Source of the DNA: Pecten maximus
Lineage: Eukaryota
Length of the DNA stretch: 64,000 nucleotides
Assembly (NCBI RefSeq): GCF_902652985.1
Contig: NC_047025.1
Location: 40,114,001 to 40,178,000, forward strand
Direction of reading: 5' to 3'
Shown here one piece after another: positions 1 to 14,773 of the stretch. Position 1 is the first letter of the stretch; the number at the start of each line of letters is the position of its first letter. A program made the translations under genes and the position numbers. The notes beneath the pieces were generated by a model. The model saw nothing but the letters and a program-made list of their open reading frames with translations, was not told the origin of the DNA and did no database searches.

Positions 1-1822
1 TTTCTATTTTTAGGAACAGATTTTTCTATATTTAGTAATTGATCTTGACCTTCAGACCAGAAAAGCAAACACAAGCAAGCACTTTTGGTAAGGACGATCT
101 GCATGAAATTTGATAGGCCCAAGGGAACTTCCCAGTTATTGCACAGAAACCTTTGTGGACGCGACCTCCAACATAGTGATACCTATATGTCGCCTGCCTT
201 TGTAGGTGACACAAATAGTGGAAAAGTCGTACTGATAAGTTACCTTCAAAAACTTTTCCATTTTGGGATTTGTCTCTCAATTATTGTGAATACCATGCAC
301 TTTTACACTTTTCTTTAAATAACATTTAGCATTCTAGTTCTAAAGATGATTCAAAGCAATTCAACTCAATGGAAATTTCTACAAAATTGGTTCCCGTTAA
401 ACCCATGGTGCTTCAAGCCAATTTGAACCAAATTTCATTTCTACAGAAGAAGGATTTTAAAGAGTTTTTGCATTATTTCCCCTATTGGGCCAAATCACTC
501 GGGTCACTGGACCTGACCCACAATTTATACAAATTAGTTCCCCTTTACCAAAGGATGCTTCAAGCCAAATTTGGTCAAAATCCATTCACTCGTTCTTGAT
601 TTACAGCGATTTAAAGGACTATTGGATCCCATCCCTCTTCAAATGACAATATGAAACATGTTATGTTTATGTAACTCAAGGTCTCTTGGGTTATGTGAAG
701 TCATTTGAAGAATTAACACATATGACTCCAGTGAAGTTGAAATTTTGTCAAGGTCATTCATTTGAACAAACTTGATAGCAAATCAACCAAGGCTACTGAC
801 TCAATATGACTCTAGTCCTTTTGGTCATTCAGAAGTTGTTCTAAGGCAAAAGTGGACAGATGGACGATGAATTCCAACACCACAGCATAAGCTCACTTCT
901 CCTTTGGGTAGTGAACTCGAAAATATTGGTCTCGCTGATATGTTCTGCATGACAATTTTAACCTGGATAAGTTGTTCACAAAAATATTGAACTCTCTCAT
1001 ATTTTCACCATTGTAATCGGGTACTAACCAGGAGTACCAGACTTCTTTATTACAAGAATACAGTACTGAGTAAATTTATCATACAAAATATTTATAACTT
1101 CAAAGCATAAGGCTGGCTATGATACATTACCCAATCAAGGATAACACAAGACGATGTTATCTCTCACAAACAGATATATGATTAATACAAATGGGACTTG
1201 GTCTGCAAACAATAACAGTATATGTTAATATGACATTATACTACAGCATAATCTGTCTATACCAGATTGCTGAAATATTTGCTGGTTTATCTTGGAATTT
1301 TACACAATTCTTAACATATAAAATTGTATACACAAGACAATGATACTGCATTTGAACAACTTATAATTACATGTGTCTATCTAAAATTTGAATAAAAGGG
1401 AAATATCATACCGAAGCTACATTTCATCTCTCGACAGATGTAGAAAAATAGGAGTATGTGTCAACAGAAATTTGAGATAACTGGAATAAACAGGTTTTTA
1501 GATGAATGTATAAACATTGTACTATGAAGAGAAAAGAAAACAACTGGTCGAAATTAGTCAGGTGATAATCTACTATAGTTTGAGAGAAAAATTGTATAGA
1601 TCAAAATAACAAAGCCAATATAGATAGGGATCTCCAGATTAGACGGGCTGGTTTAGTCAGGTTATAATGTAATAGGAATAATGGACCCTTTGTTATCCTG
1701 TATAAATAAAACTCGACAAAAACAAATAACACAAAGTCCAGCACTTGTCAAGTTTCCTTCTATAAACAACAAGAAAAACAAGAATATAAAATGATTGACT
1801 GCACATTTGGGAAACGTAAATA

Positions 1823-2260
1823 AACAAGAGGCCCATGGGCCTTAACGGTCATCTGAGTTTTTATATATTTTAGCATATTTCGTGCCTGTGACCTTGAATG
1901 AAGGTCAAGGTCATCCATTTTAACAAACATGGTAGCCCTTGGCTTCATCCCAGCATGCTACAGACCTAATATTGGTACTCTGGGCCTTTTGGTTATCATG
2001 AAATTGTTTATAGATTTTAGCATAGTTGACCCCTGTGTTCTTGAATGTTGGTCAAGGTCATTCATTTAAACAAACTTGGTATCTCTTCATCCAAGCATGC
2101 AACAGAACCAATATCAGGTCTCTTTGCCTCATTGTTATTGCGAAGAAGTTTTTTAAGGAAAAAGTTGATGCCACACGGCCTGACTGCCAGATGGACGGAC
2201 CGACGACAGACGCTGCACCATGGGATAAGCTCACTTGCCCTTCAGGCAGGTGAGCTAAAA
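1823..2260. mobile_element. Non-autonomous Helentron/HINE-like interspersed element
   Basis: Starts AACAAG with palindrome AGGCCCATGGGCCT, has a GACG-type microsatellite remnant, and ends in hairpin AGCTCACTTGCC-cttca-GGCAGGTGAGCT followed by AAAA. A decayed related copy ends near 890-920. Class assignment is inferred from structure. Confidence 0.55.
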
Positions 2261-2647
2261 ACTATGAACAGGAATCATTTACAAATTCAGACATTTTACA
2301 ATGTACAAAGATGAGGAAAAGTATATGAAACAGAAACACTGACATAGGTAGAGAAACTACATACACACTGAAGATTTGAGCACCAATGGGTTCAACATAA
2401 CAAAAGTTCAGTTTCGTCCTTGTGAATACAAACACACACTCTTCCATATCCTGTGTAATGTGTTATGACTAATGTAACATGTAAATGTCCATGGAACGAA
2501 ATGATGAAGATTTCGTTTGTATATCATGTTTATAGTTCAATGTTTGTCCAGCTGATAACAATGGCCATGGAAACTAATGAGGAATACTAGTACTTACTAC
2601 TAAAGATAAACCAATAGAGATTTAATAGCGAAGAGTTTAAAGAAGAC

Positions 2648-3131
2648 TGTTAGTTATAAAACAGGTCACAAGTATCTCTGGCCTGGGGAGAGAGTTAGTT
2701 ATAAAACAGGTCACAAGTATCTCTGGCCTGGAGAGAGTGTTAGTTATAAAACAGGTGACAAGTATCTCTGGCCTGGGTAGAGTGTTAGTTATAAAACAGG
2801 TCACAAGTATCTCTGGCCTGGGGGAAGAGTTAGTTATAAAACAGGTCACAAGTATCTCTGGCCTGGGGAGAGAGTTAGTTATAAAACAGGTCACAAGTAT
2901 CTCTGGCCTGGGAGAGAGTGTTACCTATAAAACAGGTCACAAGTATCTCTGGCCCTGAGGAGAGAATTAGTTATAAAACAGGTCACAAGTATCTCTGGCC
3001 TGGGGAGAGTGTTAGTTATAAAACAGGTCACAAGTATCTCTGGCCTGGGGAGAGTGTTAGTTATAAAACAGGTCACAAGTATCTCTGGCCTGGGGAGAGT
3101 GTAAGTTATAAAACAGGTCACAAGTATCTCC
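2648..3131. repeat. 45-bp minisatellite, ~11 copies
   Basis: Unit gttagttataaaacaggtcacaagtatctctggcctggggagagt. Confidence 0.95.
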
Positions 3132-3630
3132 AGTCTGGGTATCCCTGACGAACTGAACACATTATGGTGTTTCAATACACAATTGAGGGGAAGTAACTCT
3201 CTAAAATATGTAATTGAGCAATGAACAGAGTACAAATCTTAAATGAAAAAAGTATAATTAAAATCACCTCTCAAGTGTACCACAAGATTAAAATAAACAA
3301 AATTCATAAAACTGTAGTATCATAAATAGTCATCCTGATATTTGTGCTACACCTCCATGTAATATTCATCATTCAACACAATTAATGTAATAGTAATAAC
3401 ACATTATAAACACTAAATGTCTATTACAGCCTCGTTAAGACATATACATTGTAGTTATATCATCACCGGATCTCCAGACCAGTTCAGTGGTCCATCTTGC
3501 CTTGGTCCTTTTTGTTATAAATGTCATCACTGATCTTCAGACCAGTTCAGTGGTACATCTTGTCTTGGTCCTTTTTGTTATAAATGTCAAACCAGGTCAG
3601 TAGTACATCTTCCCTTGGTCCTTTTTCGTG

Positions 3631-3694
3631 TTAAAGTTTCGGCCATCCTGAGTTTCTCTTGATGTTCATGTTTCCTTTGACAGGAGGAGGTGAT
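3631..3694 (-). CDS. Candidate alternative terminal coding exon of SEH1L: (R)SPPPVKGNMNIKRNSGWPKL*
   Basis: Minus-strand acceptor ttttatagtttctatgcttcattccAG ending at 3695. Phase matches an internal donor AG|GTACTT at 14826/14825 in SEH1L exon 9. Minus-strand AATAAA at 1046-1051 downstream. Confidence 0.4.
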
Positions 3695-3779
3695 CTGGAA
3701 TGAAGCATAGAAACTATAAAACATTATGACTCTGGTGTGAGTTATATGGTAAATGTGACCTTTAGTAAATGTCAAATAT

Positions 3780-5553
3780 TGTAGACATGACCTCTAGTAT
3801 GTGTGTTATGTTAGATGTGTCCTCTAATGTGTGTGATATGGTAGATATAACCTCTAGTGTGTGTGTTACGGTAGACTTGACCTCTAGTATGTGTGTTACG
3901 GTAGACATGACCTCTAGTGTGTGTGTTACGGTAAACATGACATCTAGTATGTGTGTTACCATAGACATGACCTCTAGTGTGTGTGTTACGGTAGACATGA
4001 CCTCTAGTATGTGTTGCAGTAGACATGACCTCTAGTATGTGTGTTACGGTACATATGACCTCTGGTATGTGTGTTACGGTAGACATGACCTCTAGTATGT
4101 GTGTTACGGTGGACATGACCTCTAGTATGTGTTATGGTGGACATGACCTCTAGTATGTGTGTTACGGTAGACATGACCTCTAGTGTGTGTGTTACCATAG
4201 ACATGACCTCTAGTATGTGTGATATGGTAGACATGACCTCTGGTATGTGTGTTATGGTAGACATGACCTCTAGTATGTGTGATATGGTAGATATAACCTC
4301 TAGTGTGTGTGTTATGGTAGATATAACCTCTAGTATGTGTGATATGGTAGATATAACCTCTAGTGTGTGTGTTATGGTAGACATGACCTCTAGTATGTGT
4401 GATATGGTAGATATAACCTCTAGTGTGTGTGTTATGGTAGATATAACCTCTAGTATGTGTGATATGGTAGATATAACCTCTAGTATGTGTGTTACGGTAG
4501 ACATGACCTCTAGTATGTGTGTTACGGTAGACATGACCTCTAGTATGTGTGTTACCATAGACATGACCTCTAGTGTGTGTGATATGGTAGATATGACCTC
4601 TAGTATGTGTGTTATAGTAGACATGACCTATAGTGTGTGTGATATGGTAGACATGACCTCTAGTATGTGTGTTACTGTAGATATAACCTCTAGTGTGTGT
4701 TACGGTAGACAGGACCTCTAGTGTGTGTGATATGGTAGATATAACCTCTAGTGTGTGTGATATGGTAGACATGACCTCTAGTGTGTGATATGGTAGATAT
4801 AACCTCTAGTGTGTGTGATTGGTAGATATAACCTCTAGTGTGTGTGATATGGTAGACATGACCTCTAATGTGTGATATGGTAGATATAACCTCTAGTATG
4901 TGTGATATGGTAGATATAACCTCTAGTGTGTGTTACGGTAGACTTGACCTCTAGTATGTGTGATATGGTAGACATGACCTCTAGTGTGTGATATGGTAGA
5001 TATAACCTCTAGTGTGTGATATGGTAGATATAACCTCTAGTGTGTGTGTGATATGGTAGACATGACCTCTAGTATGTGTTACGGTAGATATAACCTCTAG
5101 TGTGTGTTACGGTAGATATAACCTCTAGTGTGTGTGATATGGTAGACATGACCTCTAGTGTGTGTGATATGGTAGACATGACCTCTAGTGTGTGATATGG
5201 TAGATATAACCTCTAGTGTGTGTTACGGTAGACATGACCTCTAGTATGTGTGTTATGGTAGACATAACCTCTAGTGTGTGTGATATGGTAGATATAACCT
5301 CTAGTGTGTGTGATATGGTAGACATGACCTCTAGTGTGTGATATGGTAGACATGACCTCTAGTATGTGTGATATGGTAGATATAACCTCTAGTGTGTGTT
5401 ATGGTAGATATAACCTCTAGTATGTGTGTTATGGTAGATATAACCTCCAGTATGTGTTATGGTAAATATAACCTCTAGTATGTGTGTTATGGTAGATATA
5501 ACCTCTAGTGTGTGTGATATGGTAGATGTGACCTCTGGTATATGTGATATGGT
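3780..5553. repeat. 28-30-bp minisatellite, ~60 copies
   Basis: Unit ggtagacatgacctctagtatgtgtgttac, with variable GT tract. Confidence 0.96.
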
Positions 5554-5990
5554 GGTTTTAGTTTTTAACTGGCCTTTTCAAATATGAAGGAATTGTGTTT
5601 GCATTGGAGAAAATTTTGGACTGTGTGTGTCATTCAGTAGAGAAAAATAGGGATAAATTTTGACATGCCTTACATTATTCCTTGGTTACAGTTTTGCTGT
5701 CAGCATTGAAATACTGCATAGTTAAACGTGTACTTGGATGCTGTTAGGTATGCTGGTTGTTCGGTAGTTTCGGGATGTTGGGTTCATTAAGCAGTGTAAA
5801 TTTTCTGTTCATAGGAATTCGTTTTCTAACTGGTTTTTATTTTTTTCACTATTTCACTTCATCAGACTACAGTGTACATCAATTGAAATGAAATATCATT
5901 AATAATCAAACTATAACTTTCTCAAACAGCTCTTGTTTCATATTTATTGTAGACCAAACATCAGATATATTTGTTCTCTACAGTGTATAG

Positions 5991-6410
5991 ACAAGAGATC
6001 CCAGTGGTGGCAGCCAAATTGAATGATCTTTATAGGTCAACTGTATGTAAGAATAACCAGGTCATATGTAAGAATAAGTTTTAACCATTGTCCTTTTCCC
6101 CTTAATAATCTGATAACAAGGAAAGCATTCATATAAAATCTACCAAAAAATCTAAAACTAACTTTCTCAGAAAAGGGAATAACAAACATAAACTGTCAAA
6201 GTCCAAGTTGGCCGCCTGTCAGCCACTTTGTTTTCCTGATCAGATTCAAAATTGAATTAGAACGACTAGGGACCAGGGTGACATACATGAGAAATACTAG
6301 TATCCCTACAGTAGCCTCCAAGGAAGTGATGACAAGGATTGTTTACGGACCATTGGACAACAGACATAGGATAGTTTGCACATATATTGGGCAAAAAATA
6401 GGAGGTGACA
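5991..6410. mobile_element. Decayed copy of the interspersed family also at 10169-11460
   Basis: Shares the start acaagagatcccag...ttgaatgatctttatagg and a ccaagatggctgcctgtc-like internal motif. Confidence 0.5.
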
Positions 6411-6639
6411 TACCCCCTTGTCTATCAAAATGATATAAAAATACTGGTATTCCACACATCATTAATGTTAAACATTTCAGAAACACACCAAATATGCAGA
6501 AATCATTTTTGTGAGGACAAGGTTAAGTAAGGATCTAACGTTTACTTGGTCTACAAAGCAACCATAAAATCATTCTGCATACAATGATAAGATTGGTCCC
6601 CCAATTTCTCAGTATGCTTGAAAGAAATGATATTACTGA

Positions 6640-9630
6640 ATGGAAATGTAGATACAGGAACACTCCAGTATCCTTAAAGGTTATAACATAGAAATGTAGA
6701 TACAGGAACACTCCTGTATCCTGTATCCTTAAAGGTTGTACCATAGAAATGTAGATACAGGAGCACTCCTGTATCCTTAAAGGTTGTACCATAGAAATGT
6801 AGATACAGGAACACTCCTGTATCCTGTATCCTTAAAGGTTGTACCATAGAAATGTAGATACAGGAACACTCCTGTATCCTTAAAGGTTGTACCATAGAAA
6901 TGTAGATACAGGAACACTCCTGATATCCTTAAAGGTTGTACAATAGAAATGTAGATACAGAAACACTCCTGTATCCTTAAAGGTTGTACCATGGAAATGT
7001 AGATACAGGAACACTCCTGTATCCTGTATCCTTAAAGGTTGTACCATAGAAATGTAGATACAGGAACACTCCTGTATCCTTAAAGGTTGTACCATAGAAA
7101 TGTAGATACAGGAACACTCCTGTATCCTGTATCCTTAAAGGTTGTACCATAGAAATGTAGATACAGGAACACTCCTGTATCCAGTATCCTTAAAGGTTGT
7201 ACCATAGAAATGTAGATACAGGAACACTCCTGTATCCTTAAAGGTTGTACCATAGAAATGTAGATACAGGAACACTCCTGTATCCTTAAAGGTTGTACCA
7301 TAGAAATGTAGATACAGGAACACTCCTGTATCCTGTATCCTTAAAGGTTGTACCATAGAAATGTAGATACAGAAACACTCCTGTTTCCTGTATCCTTAAA
7401 GGTTGTACCATAGAAATGTAGATACAGGAATACTCCTGTATCCTTAAAGGTTGTACCATAGAAATGTAGATACAGGAACACTCCTGTATCCTTAAAGGTT
7501 GTACCATAGAAATGTAGATACAGGAACACTCCTGTATCCTGTATCCTTAAAGGTTGTACCATAGAAATGTAGATACAGGAACACTCCTGTAGCCTGTATC
7601 CTTAAAGGTTGTACCATAGAAATGTAGATACAGAAACACTCCTGTATCCTTAAAGGTTGTACCATAGAAATGTAGATACAGGAACACACCTGTATCCTTA
7701 AAGGTTGTACCATAGAAATGTAGATACAGGAACACTCCTGTATCCTTAAAGGTTGTACCATAGAAATGTAGATACAGGAACACTCCAGTATCCTTAAAGG
7801 TTGTACCAAAGAAATGTAGATACAGGAACACTCCTGTATCCTGTATCCTTAAAGGTTGTACCATAGAAATGTAGATACAGGAACACTCCAGTATCCTTAA
7901 AGGTTGTACCATAGAAATGTAGATACAGGAACACACCTGTATCCTGTATCCTTAAAGGTTGTACCATAGAAATGTAGATACAGGAGCACTCCTGTATCCT
8001 TAAAGGTTGTACCATAGAAATGTAGATACAGGAACACTCCTGTATCCTGTATCCTTAAAGGTTGTACCACAGAAATGTAGATACAGGAACACACCTGTAT
8101 CCTGTATCCTTAAAGGTTGTACCATAGAAATGTAGATACAGGAACACTCCAGTATCCTTAAAGGTTGTACCATAGAAATGTAGATACAGAAACACTCCTG
8201 TATCCTTAAAGGTTGTACCATAGAAATGTAGATACAGGAACACTCCTGTATCCTTAAAGGTTGTACCATAGAAATGTAGATACAGAAACACTCCTGTATC
8301 CTTAAAGGTTGTACCATAGAAATGTAGATACAGGAACACTCCTGTATCCTTAAAGGTTGTACCATAGAAATGTAGATACAGGAACACTCCTGTATCCTTA
8401 AAGGTTGTACCATAGAAATGTAGATACAGAAACACTCCTGTTTCATTAAAGGTTGTACCATAGAAATGTAGATACAAGAACACTCCTGTATCCTTAAAGG
8501 TTGTACCATAGAAATGTAGATACAGAAACACTCCTGTATCCTTAAAGGTTGTACCATAGAAATGTAGATACAGAAACACTCCTATTTCCTGTATCCTTAA
8601 AGGTTGTACCATAGAAATGTATATACAGGAACACTCCTGTATCCTGTATCCTTAAAGATTGTACCATAGAACTGTACATACAGAAACACTCCTGTATCCT
8701 TAAATGTTGTACCATAGAAATGTAGATACAGGAACACTCCTGTATCCTTAAAGGTTGTACCATAGAAATGTAGATACAGGAATACTCCTGTATCCTTAAA
8801 GGTTGTACCATAGAAATGTAGATACAGGAACACTCCTGTATCCTTAAAGGTTGTACCATAGAAATGTAGATACAGGAACACTCCTGTATCCTGTATCCTT
8901 AAAGGTTGTACCATAGAAATGTAGATACAGGAACACTCCAGTATCCTTAAAGGTTGTACCATAGAAATGTAGATACAGGAACACTCCTGTATCCTTAAAG
9001 GTTGTACCATGGAAATGTAGATACAGGAACACTCCTGTATCCTGTATCCTTAAAGGTTGTACCATAGAAATGTAGATACAGGAATACTCCAGTATCCTGT
9101 ATCCTTAAAGGTTGTACCATAGAAATGTAGATACAGGAGCACTCCTGTATCCTTAAATGTTGTACCATAGAAATGTAGATACAGGAACACTCCTGTATCC
9201 TTAAAGGTTGTACCATAGAAATGTAGATACAGGAACACTCCTGTATCCTTAAAGGTTGTACCATAGAAATGTAGATACAGGAACACTCCTGTATCCTGTA
9301 TCCTTAAATGTTGTACCATAGAAATGTAGATACAGGGACACACCTGTATCCTTAAAGGTTGTACCATAGAAATGTAGATACAGGAACACTCCAGTATCCT
9401 TAAAGGTTGTACCATAGAAATGTAGATACAAGAACACTCCTGTATCCTTAAAGGTTGTACCATGGAAATGTAGATACAGGAACACTCCTGTATCCTTAAA
9501 GGCTGTACCATAGAAATGTAGATACAGGAACACTCCTGTATCCTGTATCCTTAAAGGTTGTACCATAGAAATGTAGATACAGGAACACTCCTGTATCCTT
9601 AAAGGTTGTACCATGGACATGTAGATACAA
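6640..9630. repeat. 48/55-bp satellite, ~58 copies
   Basis: Unit catagaaatgtagatacaggaacactcctgtatccttaaaggttgtac, with or without an extra ctgtatc. Confidence 0.97.
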
Positions 9631-9762
9631 GTATCTATAGCACAGGTTAAGAGCATTTGTTTGAACGGATTTCACTTTATATAGGTATCGACTTTGAAAT
9701 GCAAATAGCGGTTGTGAATAATATTACACAAATATGGAATAGAATTATGTTCTTTAGTGCTG

Positions 9763-9950
9763 TTTGGTTTTATTTGTTTAATGCTCTATCAACTAAGGTC
9801 AGCTAAGGTCATTTAAGGACGCCTCCTGTGCTTGCAATATGCATGCGTGTGATGATTGCGTATGTGTTCTGATCGAGAGGCTGCAGTATGTCTGTTAAGT
9901 CTCCTTGTGTTAATCCCGAACTTTACCCGATTTATAGTGCTACCTCACTT
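9763..9950 (-). mobile_element. SINE 3' fragment (same family as 31792-32325)
   Basis: Reverse complement of the ...gaggtagcac...ccttaaatgaccttagctg...aaataaaaccaaa tail. Confidence 0.7.
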
Positions 9951-10168
9951 CTTATGGAAATCCTAAACCTTAACTTACCATATAAACCAACAAATATTTG
10001 ATTTATGGAAATTCTTTATAAATCTAGATTAAAATACTAATGTCCTCATGGCCTTGATAAGAACATAGCAGGTTGGCATTGTGTTAGCTTACAAAGCTAT
10101 GAAACCGGGTTTCCACACAGAAGATATAAGTGAACAGTACACTTTTGCTTATTTACGCCATACTTGTA

Positions 10169-11460
10169 TACAAGAGATCCCAGAGGGATCTTGGCGCCCA
10201 CCATTGAATGATCTTTATAGGTTCCATGTCAGATTGATCTTCTCTCTATTTTGCCCTTCCTCTTACTAATCTGTGTAAATTGAGAAACATCCCTACAATA
10301 CTTTTCAAACAAGGGGAACCTATCTATGAAATTTGAGATTTAGCGATAATGGCTGTCTGTTGGCAATGTTGTTTTCAGATTGGCCCAAAATGCAATAAGA
10401 GGGACCAAGGGGAACCTACATATGAAATTTGAGAAAGATTCCTTCAGTAACTTCTGTAAAATAGCGATAACAAACTTCAATGGTCAAAATCCAAGATGGC
10501 TGCCTGTCGGCCATGTTGTTTTCTGATCAATCCCAAAATGTTATACTGTATACCTGGTAATGTTCGCCCTTGAGCAACACAAAACATATTCGCCGAGTTT
10601 TAAATTCGCCCTAAATGGTTTTCAAGAAATATCATTTTCCTCGTTTGTAAAATCGGAAAATTCCGTTCGGAATTCCCAATACAAGTTGCACTCGGACCAC
10701 TCGGGACTTATCGAGTTCCCCAATTGTCTTACCAGCATGAGATGTATAATGTGATCAGGTGTCAAACAAAGAACGTTTACCTGTGCTCAGATTTTCTTTT
10801 AGTCCCTGCTAATTCAAGTAGTATCGGGTATGCAAGGGTGATTTTAAGCAAACACGATCAATTGTAAGTTCACACTGACTAATGACTGATCAGTGTTTTC
10901 TCTTGTTCACATGTACATACATGTACATGAATGGAAGCCACAATTAAGCGACGGTGAACTCATAAAATTAGTCTTTTTCATGGCAGGAATTTGATGTCAC
11001 TCTGTATTTCATTTTTATCATGACTGAACTACATAATTGAAAAAAAAAAAGACTGAATTTTTAAAATAACTTGGTATGTATCGTTTTTTAATTGAAAATG
11101 CTAAGCCTAGTACGTGATTTTACAGTTGAAATGTAAGAGGGTATGTTTGTGATCTGACTACACTTGGCCCTATGTACTATGGTTTATAAATCCTTCAACT
11201 CAGCTTGAAATTTTCGCTTTCATCTTAAATTCGCCCTATCTTCAAAGGGCGAAAATGGCAAAAATTACCAGGTATACAGTATTCACAACTTAGGATCAAG
11301 GGGAACCTACATATGAAATTTCAGAAAGATCCCTTCAGTACTTTCTGAGAAATAGCGATAATAAACTTCAACTTTCAAAATCCAAGATGGCTGCCTATCG
11401 GCCATGTTGTTTTCAAACAGGTCCGAAAATGCAATATGCATTACTAGGCACCAAGGGATC
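10169..11460. mobile_element. Non-autonomous interspersed element with internal subrepeats, interrupted by a MITE
   Basis: Starts acaagagatcccagagggatct (palindrome). Repeated ggggaacctacatatgaaattt...aaaatccaagatggctgcct units lie on both sides of the insertion. Confidence 0.55.
10546..11279. mobile_element. MITE with 16-bp TIRs and TA target duplication
   Basis: ta-CTGTATACCTGGTAAT ... ATTACCAGGTATACAG-ta, with subterminal ttcgccc/gggcgaa motifs. Confidence 0.8.
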
Positions 11461-13777
11461 ATTGTTCCCGGTTCCTTTTTTCCTCCAGATGTAATAACAA
11501 TCTATAAACTTTTGACTGCATAACCTTGAATAAACTCTACAGCTCCTCCCCTCTTCAAACTGAGTACTACCAAATAAATTAATTTTCTACATCCTGCAGT
11601 ACATTAGAAGTCACTGGATATGTTAAACACAATTCTTTCAGTGACACTTAACTGTTCAGTGTTCATCAAGTTTATCTATTTGAACAAATCTTGACAGCCC
11701 TTTATCCCAGCATGCTGAAGGTCAACTAGCTACTATTACCACATGCTTCTAGAGAAGATGACAGACAAGTGACAAATTCACCATTAGATAATCCCACCAT
11801 ATAGAAACAGCAATAAGAATGTCTGGTCTGTCCAAGGTATTTACAGCACAAAACACAGGAATAGAAAGAAAAGTTTAGAGAGAAGTGATATTAGAAATGT
11901 CAGATCTTCCCAGAGAAGAATAAACTGTGATTACATCAGATTACAGGATTACAAGTGGTGCTGAATGTGCATTTGGTTGATTCACTGATTCTGAAGCAAT
12001 GGGTCATTAATGTAATTCTTGTCCGCTTAACAAACAAGCAAAGCTATTGTTACATTGGTACATATTTAATGGACGATTCAAATCAACATCATACATGTAC
12101 ATACAATCTGAGAACAAACATCAGGCTTACCATTTGATTCTAGACAAAACACTGCTGTCAGGAAATAATCACGATCACACTAGAACTACTGAAAACAGAT
12201 ATGTAAATGTCTACAATACTTCAAAGGTCCGATTTGTTTTTTAAACAATTAAATTTGATTTTTGGTAAGCTTGAGAGGATGTTGATAACATTAGTGAAGA
12301 GTTCCATGAGATGTTAGTGTTAGTGTTTCACTATTTTGCATGTAAGCTTAGTAGTAACTTTTGATGAAGACATCTATTTTACATATTCTCATACCTATGT
12401 TTACAAATCACGCCCACTTAATTTCAAGTTACCTGTGTAACATACACACATGTCATACAGATCACACCTACTCAAGTTATCTACTTAACTTAGATGTAGA
12501 CATTTATTTTACATATATACTCATACTCATTTTACATACTAATCAGATCTACTCAAGGTAGGTAACTTTTCATCACTTAAACATTCCTCTGATATTTTAC
12601 ACAGACAATACTATTTACACAGGTTCAGATATTCCATTGACAAGTCCACACACCTATTTAATCAACGGTTGGTCAGCGGCAATACTTTAACAGGAAGAAA
12701 CAGAACCAGACGAAGAACCTATAACTCTGACAGAGTTTGAACAAATTACGTGTAGTCAGCCAGCCTAGTTTGATTATATGGCAATCAGTCACCAACACAA
12801 CAAGGTTAAATACCATAATCACCAACACATCAAGGTGAAAATGTGTTACCTGTTAAGATTTAGTTTCATTAAACTTCTCTAAAGATTTAAATGTGCTTCC
12901 TCTAAAAAAAACACACACACAAGCATATTACCGAGGTATAGCCGTTAAAAGCAGGGAACTGATAGTGTATAGCTCATCCTTGATACTCCAGGGGTTGTGT
13001 TCAATTTTGCTCTCTGCACCTCTGGAATATGTCATGGCAATATTGAAGGCACACCACTACCTAGCTATCTAATGGTATCGGGGATATAAACCTGGCCAAT
13101 TGGTAAGTGTTACATACATGTTGTTACTGGTCTGTGAGATATCTATCTATATTACGGTCTAAGGGGAAATAACTCCTTTCTGGATATTGTTGTTTGTACT
13201 TGATTCTGGACACACTGTTAGTTGGAAAGACAGAGAATAAAATGGCCACATGTTGATATGATGAAGTGTTTGCTTTGAATTCAATTCCCCCGACAATTTT
13301 CCCCACAGTTGAGAACATAAGCATTTCTTTCAAGACTATCGAGAATTGATAACCAAGTTCAAAGCCAGTCAATTTAACAGTATGTCAATTTCTTGATTAG
13401 TTTGATGTACATCAACGAATCAAATTTATCCAGAACATGGTGGTGATTGCGCCTTGGACTTTGCTAAGACATGTTTCAGGGATGCAGAGAGTGAAAGTGA
13501 AATTAATCCCCAGAATATGGAGTACGAGAATAAATTGGAATGTGATTGAGCCTTACAATACCAGCAAATCACATCTTGGTTATAAAGCAAAATATTTTCA
13601 GGCCCTCTACTTCTAACAGATAAACACTGTATAAAGATCAAAAAGGTTCATTCAGTGTTTCAATACTAACTTGAATACATTTGATTTTTTTAGGAGAAAA
13701 TATTTTTAGCGGTGATACACAGCTGAGACAAGCAAAGTGAAATAGCAACAGATGACTGATTTGCAAGCTTATAAAAG

Positions 13778-13900
13778 ATGTACACATACTGTACAAAAAT
13801 GTATGTACACATAGCGTACAAAAATGTATGTACACATACTGTACAAAAATGTATGTACACATAGCGTACAAAAATGTATGTACACATACTGTACAAAAAT
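13778..13900. repeat. 25-bp tandem repeat, ~5 copies
   Basis: Unit atgtacacata(ct/gc)gtacaaaaatgt. Confidence 0.85.
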
Positions 13901-14773
13901 GAATTTTTTGAAAGCAAAATCTTTAAAAAAGCATTAATGTGCAAAGTTACAGGAAGATGAGTATATCTAGATTTAGACAGTGGAGAATTTCTTGTTTACA
14001 GCTCATCACAAAAAGCATTTGAAGCATAGTGAAGGGAACTCCCCTAAATTTTACATGTGGAGATTTCATGCTTACAACATAACAGTGGCCATTGCTCTAG
14101 CATCAGTGAACCAAACCAGTGTACAACAGTCACAGCAGCCTACCAGACTTATAGTACCCTCTACATAGGGCCATTCTAAACCTGTAAAGGAGACGGCCAT
14201 TAATGCACAGGAAACAGAGCATATGATTTAGGATAAAAAGAGAAAAAGATGCAGTACACGGACAGTAGACAGAAGGAAGAGAAAGAAACTAAGACAAACA
14301 GTTTTACAAATGTAGCACTACTCAAACAAAACACATATCAAACTGATATTGTACTACAATAAAGAAAGCATTATCTAGAGTTTGTCTATAAACTGTCATG
14401 TTTGACATTCATAATTACGCATACATAGGTTCTTTTCTGAAATGTAACGGATACCTGAACACATACAAACTACAGAACTAGTACTCAACTGGTTACCTAT
14501 GTAAGGTCAGTGAAATGTATAATGCTGTACAACCTTTAATGCATAACTGTAAATGGAGTAATAAATAGTTCAAATCTTAGTACAACCCATCAACAAGGTT
14601 AAATATCCCCAACACTGTACCAAGACTTTGTTCCACCTGTAATGACGATGTATACAGATCTACTGAACTCTGACCTTGTTACCTGTACTGTACCTATTAA
14701 CAAACTGTTCATTATTATGTCCATTTTATTTAGTTTTGAAGTGACCTGGTGGCTATGGTAACCTTGGCCAGGA

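Noticed and set aside
2637-9656. Many overlapping repetitive ORFs
   Set aside because: Translations of the 45-, 30- and 48/55-bp satellites in several frames.
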